A stretch of DNA of 64,000 nucleotides from Paramecium tetraurelia (GCA_000165425.1 CT868407.1:261204-325203); one strand, 5' to 3'. Shown: positions 26,941 to 41,690, counted from the first letter of the stretch. The notes: a model not told the origin generated them from the letters alone. Numbers and translations are program-made.

Positions 26941-27428
26941 GTGAATAAATTAATACAATAATTATTAAATATTATATTATCACTTGAATTATCACTTCAG
27001 TAATCCCTTACAAATTGAATTACTTTTTATGAAATATGAAGAGTATACTTAAAAATGATTTTATGATCATTAAGTCAACAATCGATCAAGAAAATTAATG
27101 ATTTACATTAAAACCTAAAAATTTCAATATATATTATAATTTTATCCCTCCAATATTCTATCTCTAAATATCTATTCTGATTATTTAATAAAGTGTTAAA
27201 AAGACTGTTTTTTTAGCAGAAATTAATTTATTATGAATATAATGAGTCTTACATTTAATGTATCTTACTAAATATTTTGTTTTCTAAGCTATACGAGTCT
27301 CTTATTTACATATCACCTAAAACTTTAATGTTAAAAACACTTTTATATTGAGAGCATAAAGAATGTACATCCAAAGTAGTAAATACTCATAACAAAAATA
27401 GCTTTCTTAACATATATATTATAAATCA

Positions 27429-30400
27429 TCAATTTTATAAGCTTAAAATACCAGGAATTTCCTTAAGCATAGTTTAGGCATCTGAGTTCTATTAGACATT
27501 ATCATCTTTATTCTCCTCTTAATTAATAGGTTCTAGAAGCTGATTTTATACAGAGTCTGTTTTTTAATTTTATGCCTTTTGCATTTTTTTGAGAGCCCTA
27601 TAGTTCTCTATGATATTCCTGAGTTTTGGGTCCTCCATCACGTCGATGTAATCCACAGGCTACGATATGATAGTATTAAAAGGTGCCTTGCATTCTTTAA
27701 TATAATAAATAAAACAAAGGCGATCTTGGAATTTCTTAAGAGTATGATAATTTTATAAATTGTTCATGATTTGTTGATTTCTATTATAATATTATTAAAT
27801 AATCTTACTCAAATTGATCCCTCATTAGTATCCATTTAGTAGCAGGTTTTAACTTCTTTAAGAAATTATAATATATTAAGGTCAATCCTACATTTCCCTA
27901 TTTAGTGCCAAGGCATTATTTGGAATTCTTCAATTTATCTGCAAGATTAAAAAGGTCTCCAGCCACAGCTATATTTTTGGAATAAACCCATCCTACAATC
28001 ATTTTGTATTTAGACTTGTTTTGAGTAAAATAGTCAACAACTGTTCTAACAGATGAATAATTTTCACAAGTAAGTGTAATCAATTCTGGCCTTGGAAGGA
28101 ATTAAGCATATTGATGATCATATGTTAACAATTATGGTCGTATTAACCATGATTCTCTGATCTCATCTGGCCTCTTCTTCAATAATAGATTCAGTTCTCC
28201 TATATGTATCAATTATTTTTTCTCTTTGATTTTAGATATTTCAATCTAGGCCTAGGCTTCAGGACATTATAACAATGATTAACCTTATTTTCTATATTGT
28301 TAGAATAGCATATCCTACTTTTTTTGTTTTTCTGATTCATTATGGTACAATGATTTCTCATAAAGTATTGATGGAATTTATTAGGGGGCTACTTCAACAA
28401 TTTTAATTGCCTATTATTGTTATTTTTTTTTCTTTTCAATAATGGCTTATTAATAACTCTGAGATTACTTGTTTGTTGAGCGATCTTTCACTTTCTTAAT
28501 TTCTTCATATGTTAAACTATAATATATATAGATAAATACTTTTTCTATTTGTTTAATTTGATGATTTCTTGAACATTCTAAATCTCTTTTAAGTATTTCT
28601 CTTTATTCAAATTCATTTCCAAAAAGATTTATGATTCTAAGTTGAGTATCGATTATTCATTCACTTATCTCCAATTTTTGAATCTCCCTAATAATCTTGT
28701 GAATCTCTCTTTCGATGCTTTTCTCAAATCTCCCCAAACATCCTCTACTTTAGTTGACTATTCCTTTTTATTTTGAATTTTCTCCTCTTTCAAATGTTTC
28801 TTATTTTATGTTTCTTAATCAAGACATTGATTCACATTCTGCATGTTTTCTTTCATCCACCCTATCCATTCAAAATCATCCCTTAAACTCTTAATATTAA
28901 TTTATATATCTTACATAATCTATAAATTTTAGATCTGCACTATTCGTATTCTTTTATCTCTGTTTATTAATCTGCCCTAATTTTTATTGCCATTCCTCTC
29001 CTCCAAAAGTAACTAACAGCTCAACTTCATTCAGTCTTTCTTACATCTGATCATTCGAACTTCTTTATTTCAAACATCTTAAGGATTGTTACTTGATCAG
29101 ATTGTACATCAATTATAGACTAAATCCTTGAATTTTCAAATAGCAATGACAATAACATGTTCGTATTTTTAGTAACTATTAAATATACAGATTATTATCA
29201 GGCTATTTCTGTACAAGTTCATTATATTGAGACAGTACTTATTTTACTTCCTAAAGATCATCTCCCAAATCCTTAAATTTGAGTCCTTGAAATTACTTAA
29301 CTTGATTCTATAATTCACTCATGATTTCAGCATCTGGTTTATTCTCCAAAAAGGTAAAGTATTATTAATATGTTTGCAAATTGTTAATCTAATCTTTATT
29401 TCTTAACCAAATTAATCTTTATTCTTAATAATCTTTGATTTTCTAATTCAAATCATCGTAAATCTTTATATTTTCTCTTAATTTAACCAATAATTGATTA
29501 TTTGGTTTGATATTTGCAATTTGAGCGCTGTTGATCAGAGTTCTTATGCTTAGAACATTTGCATTTTAATCTAAGAATTCCTCAGCCTTTTACATCCAAA
29601 GCATCTAAATATAGAATGTCCATAATCTACTTTACACATTTGGTTCATAATAACAATTGTTGTTTATTATTTAAATGAATATGTATTGCTCTGGAGCTTT
29701 TGAACCCTCCAATTTGATCTCAAACTCTCTCAAAGACTGTAGCCAAACTTCATATTTAGATTTTATCTTTTGCATCAACATCAAGTAATAATGATCTTGT
29801 ATCTAATTATCACTATTCAATAATTTCAACACTTAAACAATATTGTATTTCTTTTTTCCATTTTATGCTTCAACATTTTTAGATTCATTCAATAATTTCT
29901 AACATTCGTATCTCCATTGTATTTATCTAAAACTCAATACAATTTATGATATCTCATCAAAGACTACTTCTGGGATCTTCACCTATGCAATAAGTTCATT
30001 ATTAAAATCTAAATCTCTAATCTCCTTCACTCTCTATAACATTACTTAAATATTATCTTGTCTCTTATAAGCTACATAAAATAATTGCCGAATAAATTCC
30101 ACCTATTATTGACTCTACTTAATGTATTATTCAAGATCACCAGATTTCAGATATCTATATTAATCCAAATTATCTAAAATCCTAGGCTTACTTTCAACTA
30201 TTTCAATTGCCTACATTAATTCTGTCTTACGAGTTGAAATATCTAATTCGAATCCATTTGAGTTACATAGCTTTTCAATATCTTCCAATTCCTTCAGTGT
30301 TAAGATCTCCTTCAATTTATGATCAAGTTCTTTGAATTGTTTAAGCTTTTTTTTGTAATTCTCTAAATATTCGCTTGTCAATAAACATTTATCCATCAAA

Positions 30401-32427
30401 GCTATTATATCTTAACAAAATTAACTTGTTATTTTCTCTTAGCTTTAACATTTATTGTGAATTTCAACCAATTAATCAAAGACTCTTTTAATCACTGGCG
30501 ATTCTTAAGCTGCTCTTTAGATATTTTCAAAACTATAAAGTCCTTAAGACTCTCTTTCAGTCAATCTGCAGTTTCTATCTATTTTCGATTCCAAGTCTGT
30601 TCTAAATTCCTAGATCAATTGAGCTTCAAAATGAGATTAAATTTGATTTAACAATTTGTCACTATTAAAAGGGAATTCTATGATTTATTAAAAGTTATTT
30701 TGGATATTTACATCTTCGAGAGTTATGCTTTCAGATATTAGTTTTTCTATTAATTTGACACATCCCATTGTAATATTACTTTTATTGGCCATCTTTTTTA
30801 ATTCAAACAATTTCTCCACAAGTGGCTTACTTTTTTAATTTTTCATCAATATATATTACTTGTAAACAGTCAGTTCTAATTAGCTCTCTATGAATGGAAC
30901 ATCCCATTAAAACTTCGCTCCTTCAAAGAGTTTTTTAAATTCTTTCTTAATATTTGATGATACAATATAGCGATTAATTAATTATAATAGAGTTTCATTA
31001 GGATGGACAAACAATTTATGTGGATCAATTACGCATTCATTCAAGAGATTCAATGTAGTTTCAATTAAAAAACCATCACCAATCCCTTTTTCAATTTTAA
31101 GTTTCATTTATTTTCGTGACAATATATATGATTTTATCGCTTTTCTTTCCTCTTTATCGAATGAATACCCTTTGTTTTTTAATTAAATTGTTAATTCATC
31201 AAAGAAAGAGGCATTATTTTCTAACTAAATCGGAAGTATAGATAACATTTACTATTTCAGTTCTTCCAATAATTTCTACTTCAATAATATTTTATCCAAT
31301 TGAATTTCTGCAGATGGTTTTATTGGCATAGAAGCTAAAAAGGATTTTAGATGTTTCAGATTCTAATAGTCATCTTAAGTTAAAGGTAATCTGGGTAACT
31401 TTCTCATAATAGCCTCCATGTATAATAATAAAGGTAAGACATCCAATAAATGAATTTTTAATATTTCTTTCGGAATTACTAAATCCTCTAAACTCAACAA
31501 GATAGGATCATCCAAATCAATTTTATATCTTCTGCTGCTCCATCTCTTACAAGATTCACAAACATAGGAATCTTGTTTGATTTGTTTCTTTTTAATGCAC
31601 ACAAAATGAAACCACTCATAACAATGATCACATTACACCATTTGTTAGTTATTTAATGATTTTCTACAAATACAAAAAATGACATGACTCTCCATATGAG
31701 ATTAGCAATAACCTTCAATTTTATCATTATCTGACCAAAATTATTCTTTTTTTTTGGGTATTGAATAATTTTGAAAAATTGATTCTAAATTAATTAATAC
31801 TTCATTCTTCAATTGACTGGTTGATTTGTCATTCTTTTATTGAACATCAAAAATGTTATCTATTGAAATTGAAAAGGCCTCTTAGATATCGTCTAATTCA
31901 TTTTTAATTTCCTATTAATCTACTTCTATGCTGTTTGGATCCTAATTATTGCCATGAAACCTAAGATTTAGAATCCATTATTCATTTTCAATCAACTCCA
32001 ACTCTTTCTAAACTCTCTCTTTCATAATACAATGTGGATGTGCAAAACCATCACAATCCAAACATTTTATTGATGCTCCAGGCTTATCACAATTCAAGCA
32101 TTTTTCCTTTGTTTTTTTATCTTTCTACTCTTATAAACCAAATGACATAGTATGGTAATCTCTCACTTGTATACAAGGATCAAAAATAGCACAGAGTACA
32201 TGTACATACATACCATTATATCCAGAAACTCTCCTAAGCAATCCATCCTACCCACAAATGTAACATACAGGTTTCTAAACATTATCTTAGCAAGGATCAC
32301 ATTCTTCATCTAAATTATTATACCCATAACAAAATCTATGATATTTTAATTTACATTTTTGGCATTCCTTCTATTGACAACCTTTATCTTTTCTTAAGAA
32401 GTTCAATCCGCAAACTGAGCAACTCAT
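27429..32427 (-). CDS. Large chromatin-reader protein: N-terminal PZP-like (PHD-Zn knuckle-PHD) module, further PHD finger, long helical region, possible C-terminal SPOC-like domain
   Basis: MSCSVCG..CQKCKLKYHRFCYG..CDPC..CYICG..YVHVLCA..CLNCDKPGASIKCLDCDGFAHPHC. A further PHD reads FCICRK..MVQCDHCYEWFHFVCI..YVCESC. Intron ~27781-27808; TGA 27429-27431. The middle was not fully translated. Confidence 0.85.
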
Positions 32428-33226
32428 TTATTATTATTATTTCTACTCCTTAAATACTTTTTATAATTCATGCTCAAATATTACCTGCCATTGTATTAAA
32501 TCATTAATCTAAATCAATCTATCACAACCCATTATTATCTATACAAAGGACTTCTCAATTACCACTTTTCAACAGTCAACATTATCCAATTATGATCAAT
32601 TATATCCCCATATGTGACATAAGACTAGTCATAATTCATTTATTCTTTGCCTAATTTTCATATTCATAAAGCACGAGAACTGTCCACATTCACTCGTAAT
32701 ATAATACAATTAATTATAATATTATATATTAATAAGAAAATACCAGTCTCCTTTGGCTTTATTATGAATAATGATAAAAACTAAATTTTCACTTGCTTAT
32801 TTACATTTTTTCATTTTTTCAAATTTATTCTAAATTTCAAAATGGTTTTATATTTAAGTTTAAAGTCTAATATTGGACCTTATTACAAAATTTAATAAGC
32901 ATCCTATTTCACTCATTTACCCATAACCTTTTTATGGTCAAATTCGATTGTAATGGCTCTAATCTAGTTCTATTTTTACACATTTTAATTATTATAAAGA
33001 ATAGAGTAATTTATTTTTAATTTAATTTAAAGTCATCTTTTTCAGTTATTTGAAAATTTAAAAATTTCCACATTCATGAAGACTTTCATCTAAATTCGAA
33101 TTGTCTAAGTTGTAATGAATGTGGTGGTTTTGTCTATGTAGTTGAAAATGTTAGGAACAATTATTAGATACATACTATATTTTATTGTTTCTTTGATTCA
33201 ATTTAAGTTAATAATATTTATATTTA

Positions 33227-33591
33227 ATGGCAAAATTTGAGTAATTGGATTCTCCATATGCAAAAGTATTTTTCATGTTGCAATAATTAGTGAAAGCAGA
33301 ATTGATTACTCAAAGTGAGAAAGATCAATTTAAGGGTATATAAGTATATGCTATTTAGACTTAATAATTCAAAACGACTAGTCAATAATGAATTTTATCG
33401 TTATAGAAGGTTATCAGGAACTATTTGAAAAAGTTTAAGAATTCATTTATAAAAAAAGAGTCAGTTTAGAAGGGTTATCCGATTTTGAGGATGATGATTC
33501 AACTACCAAAAGTCTGAGGTAGTATTTGAGAAATAAATTAAAACTGGAATTAAAACAGAGTAATTTTAATTTGTCAATTAAGAAAATTTGA
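33227..33591 (+). CDS. Small hypothetical protein (~113 aa)
   Basis: MAKFEQLDSPYAKVFFMLQQLVKAELITQSEKDQFK|DLIIQND..LSIKKI-TGA, with one 23-nt intron. Confidence 0.7.
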
Positions 33592-33659
33592 TTATATAAT
33601 TAAATGTATAATATTTCTGCGATTACATATATAAATTGTTTACATTCTTTTAAGTAATC

Positions 33660-35072
33660 TCATGGTTACAAACCATTCTACAATAATTAATTATTGTAGA
33701 GTGTTGAGAATTCGTTCCATTTATTCAAATAATTAATCTAATTAGATTAGCATGGCAACTAATATAAATACTGTTGTTATGGAGATACAAACCCTAGAAA
33801 TGGGTTCATCATTTGAATTCCTGGATATTGATTAATAACATAAGGTAATTATGGGATTTTGAATGGCTATTATTTGGTTTGCAGTAATTGTTGTTGAACT
33901 GAATTTTGATCTTAAGTAATTTTTGGACTAGATTCTTTCAAAGGCATGTTATTATTTATGAATTATTAAAATACATTATTATTGAGGATCATTGGGGAAT
34001 CTTAATAAGATTTATAAGGTTGATAAGACTATTAAAGTATTATAGAATTAAAATTATTATGATCTAATTACTATTAATTTTCTTCTTTGACATTTAGGAC
34101 TTGATCATTCAAATTAGATGTGATATTTTAGCATCCTTTATGAATATTTAAATAGAAATACCACTATTAATTTTAATATTTTGATCCTCATTAGAACTGA
34201 CTATTTTCTAGCTATTTTCATCTTTTTATTTATTCACTTTTGATCTTGTTAATATTTAACAATTTTCTGAACAAACCTCTTATGTTTAAATTTTTTTAGA
34301 TTTTGGCTCTTCCTTTTTTGATATAGGTAATCTTCTTCTTTTTAAAAGTTTAATTTTATCATCTTCTTAGGAAGAAACAGAATCTTCTTGGATATCATCA
34401 TCATCTGAATCATCTAGATCACATTGGTATCTTCTCTTAAGGTTGGCATAGTATCTATTTTTAACCATGTTTTCCTACATCTATAAACATAAGATAATTA
34501 CAGGTCTTCCTTTTAAAAAACTAGAAATATAACTCCATTTAGTTCCAAATTTTCTATACAATTTGAGGATCAACTTATCCTCTTCTTCAGTCCACTTATC
34601 TTAATTTATTGTCCCTTATAGTTAATTTAAATAACGCTCTCGAACTTATTTTCCTGTTCTCCAATCCATTACTGTACAGATCTTACTCCATTTTTTACCA
34701 AACTTTTAAACTAATTCTTTCAATTATTCATCTTCTTCTAAAGTCCACAACTGTCTCGAAGGAGCCTAAGCTTATATACACATTCTACTAAATTTGGATG
34801 GAGCTATTGCCATTTATACATGCATTCTAATGGTGTAGGACCATCTAATAATGCGCTTATAGATTTCCAGTTCCCTTGCTACTAAATATGGAGCTCCTTA
34901 AGTTTTTCCTATCTTTAAGGGGTCCATTCAAATTTTGTCTGAAATTATATTAATGTTATGTAATTACTTCGCTCTAGGTCTGGTTGAGTGCATTTTCTTA
35001 TTTCGAGTCTTGTGTAATACTCATTCTGTATGCAGAAATTATTTTAAATATATTATCAAAAATATCATCCAT
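33660..35072 (-). CDS. Three-repeat (R1R2R3) Myb transcription factor with a Q-rich C-terminus
   Basis: WTPQRQEKL..GNWKSIS..ECMYKW; WTLEEDEQLKELVQKFGKKWSKI..RTGKQVRERYLN; WTEEEDKLILKLYRKFGTKWSYISSFLKGRP|ENMVKNRYY. Alternative start ATG at 35024. Confidence 0.92.
33677..33700. repeat. Perfect 24-bp palindrome
   Basis: TCTACAATAATTAATTATTGTAGA is its own reverse complement. Confidence 0.9.
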
Positions 35073-36491
35073 TCTTCATCACCTTTTATACATTAAATAT
35101 GACGAAATAATATATTAAGTATCTTTATTAAACTTTTCTAAATAAAACTGCAAAACAAACTGCAATTTATCAATATGCAACCTTAATATCACTATTTTTC
35201 TAACATCGACGTTAAAGATTACTTTGCCAGTTTTAACTCCAAAGTTCTGATGTTTATTACTGATTTTCGCTCTTCAAGTCCCCTATAAAAAAATATTTAA
35301 ATCATAAATAACAATATGTAAATAATATATTATATTTATCTACCGTTAAATAATAGAGCTCACCATTCCATTTTTCTCAATTAAATAAAATTCAAAATTT
35401 AATCTATTTTTTATACACTATCACCTGTTTTATTGATTAGGATATTTTAGACTTACTTTGTTTTGATAACATTTAATATATTTTAGTATATTTTTATTAC
35501 ATTAATTAAACACCTTTTACCTATTGTAAGATAGTATTGATTTCTATGTTTGAATTAAACAATTCACTCTTAAATAAATAATATTTCCCACAAATATCAG
35601 TATTTGTGTATCTATTGATAATTGGAGTATTCAATATTATTTTGATTGATGTGTGCATTTCTTGTTATATTAGACATTTGTGATCTATCTCTCATTACAA
35701 AAATCATCTAATATGAGTATTTACATGATAAATTTATCTATCTAAAATTCATTATCAGAGACTAGTCATTATATTTTTTTTAGAAAATAATTAAATTTTC
35801 ATCAATGAATACTTTTAAAACATGTATACTTCAACTTTAAATACTTCTCAACTAGCATTCGAATTTTGATAAATCTTCTAAATATGGGATCCAAAGAATT
35901 TCTGAAAACAAGTTCTTTCCTTTTTATTTTCTATATATTCAATATTGATAGTAGCCAGACTATAATTTAAATATAATAAAGGCTAGCAATGATTTCTTTT
36001 AGCACAAATGGAGTTCATGATGATTAATTCTAATTATAAATATTATTATTATCCTTGTATATCATATACTTCGAAAAGGTTATTTTAATTACACAATTAA
36101 TTAATCAACTATTTAGTTAAGGTTTATTCAGAAGTAAAAGTTTAATAGGATGAAAATATTTTATATAATAATGATATAATTACAATATAAAATCTTAGTA
36201 ATAACACAAAGTATAAGACATATAATATATATTAATTTAAATATTTTCTTATAATTTATTAATAAAGGGTATCTTATTTGGATTTGCTAACTTTTTAATC
36301 TAGATGAGATATTATAATACTTATTGAAAGAGTTTCTGATTTTTTTAATCAAACCGCCTTTTAATAAATTAAATAGTGGTTTTCTATTGTTCAATATAAA
36401 ATTCATTATTTCCAAACTAAACCAATCTATTGGAAATTATGCAAATAAGATCGTAATAAATATAATTTTTAAATAATATGAGTTTTAGATA

Positions 36492-37835
36492 TCAATCCTC
36501 TAAGTACTTATCTGAGATTTAGGACATTAAATTTTAAAGTTAATTTACCTAAGATGAGTTTATTTACATTTTCTAGTTTATAAATATTAAATACCTAATA
36601 AATTTCTAATGACTTTTGATAATCAAGATATGCTTATTTATATCGGCCTAGTTCTTTATGGCAATCTGCACAATTTTTAAGGGTAATGGCTAAGTTCCCA
36701 TGCATTTTGCCACATAACTATGTATATATTTTAATAGATTCTTCAAAACAATTGACAGCTTCTTCGTATTACTTTCTTTCAAAATAGGATCTTCCAAAGT
36801 TATTTAGAATAATTGCGATGCTTGCATGACTATCACCATACAAGGTTTTTAGGATATCTTAAGATTTTTTGAAATATTATTCGAATACATTTGAATTCAA
36901 ATTCTAAGCCTGAATTTTACCTAATGAATGATAACAATCAGCAATATCCTAAGAAGATTCTCCAATTATTTTGAGATTTATTTCTAAACTTTCAGTAATA
37001 AGTTTTTCAGCAGAAGATAAATCTAGAATAATAAAATAATACTACTTTCTTGAGTATTTTTCATTCGTAGGTAGAGATTGCCCTTCAAATAGATGGATTT
37101 CGCAGTTTTTATATGTTAATAGCCTAAGACTTCTGTCCAAATGGAAATAGCCTCTGTAATTGAATTCATTGCTTCTTCAATTTTCCCTTCATCTGAGAAT
37201 AATTAAGATAATCCATGTAATGAATCAGCCACTTCCTTCAATATAAACAAATAGTACAATTGATTATCTTGTATACAATTCTTCTCGAATTTTGATACTT
37301 TCGAATAACATTTATTCTGCCAAATCATCTTAAAACATAAATCTGTAATAATTTCCCAAAAGTGTTAATGTCATGGCATAAACTCCAGTTTATTTTAGGT
37401 TATGCTTGATTAATAATTAATAAGCATAATCAAGGTATTTGAAGGTTTATTCATAATAACAACAATAAAAGCAGCATCTTCCTTAAATTATTGTAGATTG
37501 TTACCAATTTTAGCATAAGAGTTACATAATCTTAAGATGCTCTCTTTGTCATTCTGAGTTTTGAAAAGTTCTTTTTCTATTTTAATCATATTAATTAAAT
37601 ATTGCATGGCTCGATAGACTTGATTGATATCAATAAAGATTTGTGCATATCTCTCATAAATATTGCTTTAGAGAATCTTATAGATTGTAAATAATACTAA
37701 TTCTGCCTCAGAGGATTCCTCAGGGTTATTTACTTTAGTGTTCAATTCATTTTACAATTTTCCAAGTTTAGTTAAACATTTTTAGAATTATTATTTTCTT
37801 ATAAGCATGTCGATATTCTTAAAATGTTCTTCCAT
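36492..37835 (-). CDS. TPR protein (kinesin-light-chain/TPR_12-type long repeats)
   Basis: EVADSLHGLSQLFSDEGKIEEAMNSITEAISIWTEVLGYQHIKTAKS; YGDSHASIAIILNNFGRSYF; HGNLAITLKNCADCHKELGRY. Three short introns. Confidence 0.85.
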
Positions 37836-37954
37836 CTTTTGTCAAAAATAAATTTTATTAAATTTATTGAATTTATTCTTAAATTATGAACGCAAGTAAA
37901 TTAAACCAACAAAATTTAATAACAAGTATAAAAATTAAATAAACTCAAAGCATT

Positions 37955-39133
37955 TCAGTCACTACTAGAGGAGATAAGTTGATCAATATCATGAGCAAAG
38001 TCTTCTTTTCCATAATTTTCTAAATTACACCAGCTGAAAAGCTTAGAAATAAATTGAGAGATTTCGTAATTATTGATCTCATCAACAAGATGATGAAATC
38101 TTCTACTTTCATAAAAATTATTTAATTCCTAGTTGTTCAATGCTTATTGAGTAATCCTTTAATTAAATTGAAAGACTTACAATTAATAAAAGACGAGACC
38201 ACAATCCAGAATATCTTTTTCTAATGAGAATCCATTGCTGGTAAATAAATTCATCTCGGTGAAATAGTCTTAAGTAGACAAAGTTTTGATTGATTTGATG
38301 TGTCTTAAACTAGTAATGTCATAAGTCTTTTATTGACCAAAATCTATTAAAGTGATTTGGTCCAACATTGAACAATAGAAGATGTTCTCTAATTTGATGT
38401 TTTAATGGCTGAATCCCTCGTTATGTAAGTATGAAACCACTTATAATAAATCCTATGATAGATTTGAATTTATACTTTCATTATTTTTAAAATCTAATTC
38501 TTACTAAGAATATGTTTCTTAATATATTTATCTAGAGAAGATCCTTCTACGAATTCGTATATTATATATTAATGGCTTTATTCGATGTAGTATTCTTTTA
38601 ATTTTGGAATAAATTTATGCTTTAAAAATTGAAGGGCAATTACTTCATTTCGAAATTCCTAAATTAGAATATAAAGTATACTTGTTCAAATTCAGCCCTT
38701 CCTTATTTAAATATTTTACAGGTTACTAACTCTTCGTTATGGATGCTCCTCATGCGAACTATCTATTAAAGTATGATTAAAATATATACAGAACCAAAAT
38801 TTCTTTTTTAAATATATTAGGCAATCTTGTAATGATTATTTATTCCTTCAAAACACACTTTTCCATTCAAGAACTCTTTCAATAGAATTCCAATATTCGG
38901 AGCAAATTTGTAAATAGACTTCTTTTTATTGAGGAACAATTCAAAAGAGATGATTTCTGAATTATCGTTGGTAATCCACGTGATTTTTGGATCAAAGGAA
39001 TTAAGTTAAATCACTAATGTATGTTAATCCTAAATTAAAATATTAAATATACGTTGGACAATTGAAGCTCGTCTTTTAACATAAAAATTTTGTACTTTTG
39101 GTGTGAAAAGAAATTGCTTTTGTAGCAGATCAT
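37955..39133 (-). CDS. Protein kinase-fold protein, predicted pseudokinase, with a possible PH-like N-terminus
   Basis: VTCK, NEV..LKHKFIPKL, YEFVEGSSL, YLHNEGFSHQNIKLENIF, LIDFG. The Gly loop reads QKENFGS and there is no APE motif. Five short introns. Confidence 0.85.
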
Positions 39134-39556
39134 GTATGTTATTTTATTATAAGATAATAATAATAAATATATCTTGTATCTAATTAACTCCTTTTAAAAA
39201 TCGTTTATTTTCTTTATAATTGAAGTATCGGTTTTTTTGCAAATGAAAGTTTGCCAATCTGATGTCATAGAAATAACAACAATTCATGATATTATTATAA
39301 TCAGTTTGTATAAAGGTCTATAACCCAGTTTAAAGACTTAGATAATGGTACTTTGGTCTATCTGTTTCCTGACACAACTTAACATTACTTGAACTAAATG
39401 TTTTAGAGCAAATAATTGGGAATTTTGATTGATAAGAAATATGCAAATTATTGTTATTCAGCACTCAAAGTTGGAGACTAAGCATTTGAGAGTTCATTTT
39501 TGAAATGTTTATGTGGTTAAGAAATATCAATTATTTAAGTATTGAAAAATGATCAC

Positions 39557-40642
39557 TCAATCATTTAAACCACTAATTACTTTACTTAAAACCATTGATG
39601 TCTGCCTTACTTACTTGGATATCAGTTGCATAGGTCCTAGTTTTTATTCGATTTATTCAATTTCATCATGAATTTTGAATCGTTTCATCGGCAGAGTTTG
39701 GACAGATAACTTCTATTCATCTTCACCCATTCCCAATTCAGATTGAATCTTTTGAACTTACTAGGTTTCTTTTGTAATCTTATATTATTATAACTGATTA
39801 CATTTTCACTTATACGATTAATGTATTGGATCTCATTTTATAATAATAGATTCCCTATCATGTCTGTTAAATATGCTAAATCATCATATAATGATAAATC
39901 AAACTTGTCCACTACTTTCTATTCTCCGAATACATATTGAATCTCTCTTACACAACACATTTTACTTATATCTTAAAAGTCAATCAACTCATCCCCATTC
40001 TATTTTAACATCACTTTACGAAGATTCTTTCTCAATCCGATAAGTTACTTAATTACTTAAAATAACTTTCTATCATTATTGATGTAATCCTATAATTAGA
40101 GATGTCAATACTTTTAATTTGCTAAGATTATGATTCAGTTCATAGATCTGTTAACTAAATTTGATATAAGATTAAGATTGTGGATTTTTAATATTAAGAA
40201 ATACAGCAATTGATTTCTTTGAGGTATTTTCCTTGACTCTCTTGAACTTCAAATCTCCATACTGTACAATTTCTGTTTCTGTTTTCACCTTTTTGAATTT
40301 GGTTTGTCTCTGTGTGTTTTTTTATGATCTCAATGTATTAAGATGATCCAAATAATCTTTGATGGTTTTCTCATCAGATGCATTTGATCTGATGGTTGAT
40401 AGAGGTAACTTTGGTCTTTCGTTGGAATTGGCTTTTCTAATAGGAGGTAAACTGAAATCATTATTCTCAATTAGACTGTGTTAAACTGGAAGTATTTTTT
40501 CTTAGAGCGCCCTTTAAGTTGTCAGTGTCTTTTGAGATGACTTTAGAGTACTGTTGTTATTGGATTGAGAGTTTTGAAAAGGGATAGTTTCATTCAACTT
40601 GAATTCAGGCAATATTAGATGATGCTTATATATAAGACTCAT
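39557..40642 (-). CDS. Hypothetical protein
   Basis: MSLIYKHHLILPEFKLNE.. is open in the ciliate code with two short introns, ending VISGLND-TGA. Confidence 0.7.
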
Positions 40643-40756
40643 AATTATATTAAAATGATTTAAGTATTTCTTTATTATGATTCTCAATAAATCCAATACC
40701 TCCAAAACATTTAGAAACAGATTTACTTAAAATTTTAGTTATTGAAATGATATATT

Positions 40757-41669
40757 ATGATTAATATGATTAATTAGAATAATTCTAAAAGTTTTGTAGC
40801 TGTTAATCGAAGTCAAACAAACAAAACAGTGTAAGAGTTTATTCGATAAGACTTAAAAAAACTTAGACGAAAGAAAAAGAATTTGAATCAACTCTTTTAG
40901 GAAGTTGAAGAAATTGCTTAGATTTCCTTATCAAAGAATTATTCGGAAGACAATCTTGATGAAGATGATTAAGACACAGCCGAATTGATTAACTAGACTT
41001 ATTAATTAAAAAAATAAGAACTAGAATAGAATTCATCATAAAATAGCAGTAGAATTTTGCCAAATGTTTTAAGTAAGCAGAAATCAGACAGGTCATTAAG
41101 AGAATCAAAAGATGTAAGCAAATTAACTAGCATTACAAAAATACACATTACTCAAAACGACGACTCACTTCTAAGTGATAGGAGTATTAAATTAAAAAAG
41201 ACTTCTTACACACAACGTAATATCAAATCAATTAGACTTACTGATTAACAATCTAAAACATAACCAAAAGTAAGGCTTTCAAACAAAAAGTAATAAGTTC
41301 AAACTACTTAAATTGATGAAAAAGATAAGTTACCTTTAATTTGGCAATAATATTATAATATTTAACCAGAAACAGAAAAAGTAGAAGTGAAAAACTCCTT
41401 TTTGAAATTAAATGATCAATTCAAAAAAATGAGAGAACAAGTACTTGAGCCGTTCTTAAAAGATCAAAAACTCAAAGTGAAATTAATGGCACCACTTATT
41501 ATTAGAAAGGATAAACCGTACTTTGTGGCTGAAAATAAAGATAATAGTATTCTAATTTTAATAATAATATCTAGAGAATCTAATTGATAATATGAAAAAC
41601 GAAAATACGAATCTAAACAAAGATGAGTACTTAATTGTTAGTTATGAGCATATCTTAGATTATATATGA
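40757..41669 (+). CDS. Hypothetical protein (K/S-rich, low complexity)
   Basis: Open from ATG 40757 or 40766 through track ORFs 41057 and 41387, with one 28-nt intron near 41547. Ends YEHILDYI-TGA; the 3' end is uncertain. Confidence 0.65.
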
Positions 41670-41690
41670 ATTATTCAGTCATGAAACATT

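Noticed and set aside
35341..35348. AACGG Myb/MSA-like site upstream of the three-repeat Myb gene
   Set aside because: A single 5-6-bp match is expected by chance.
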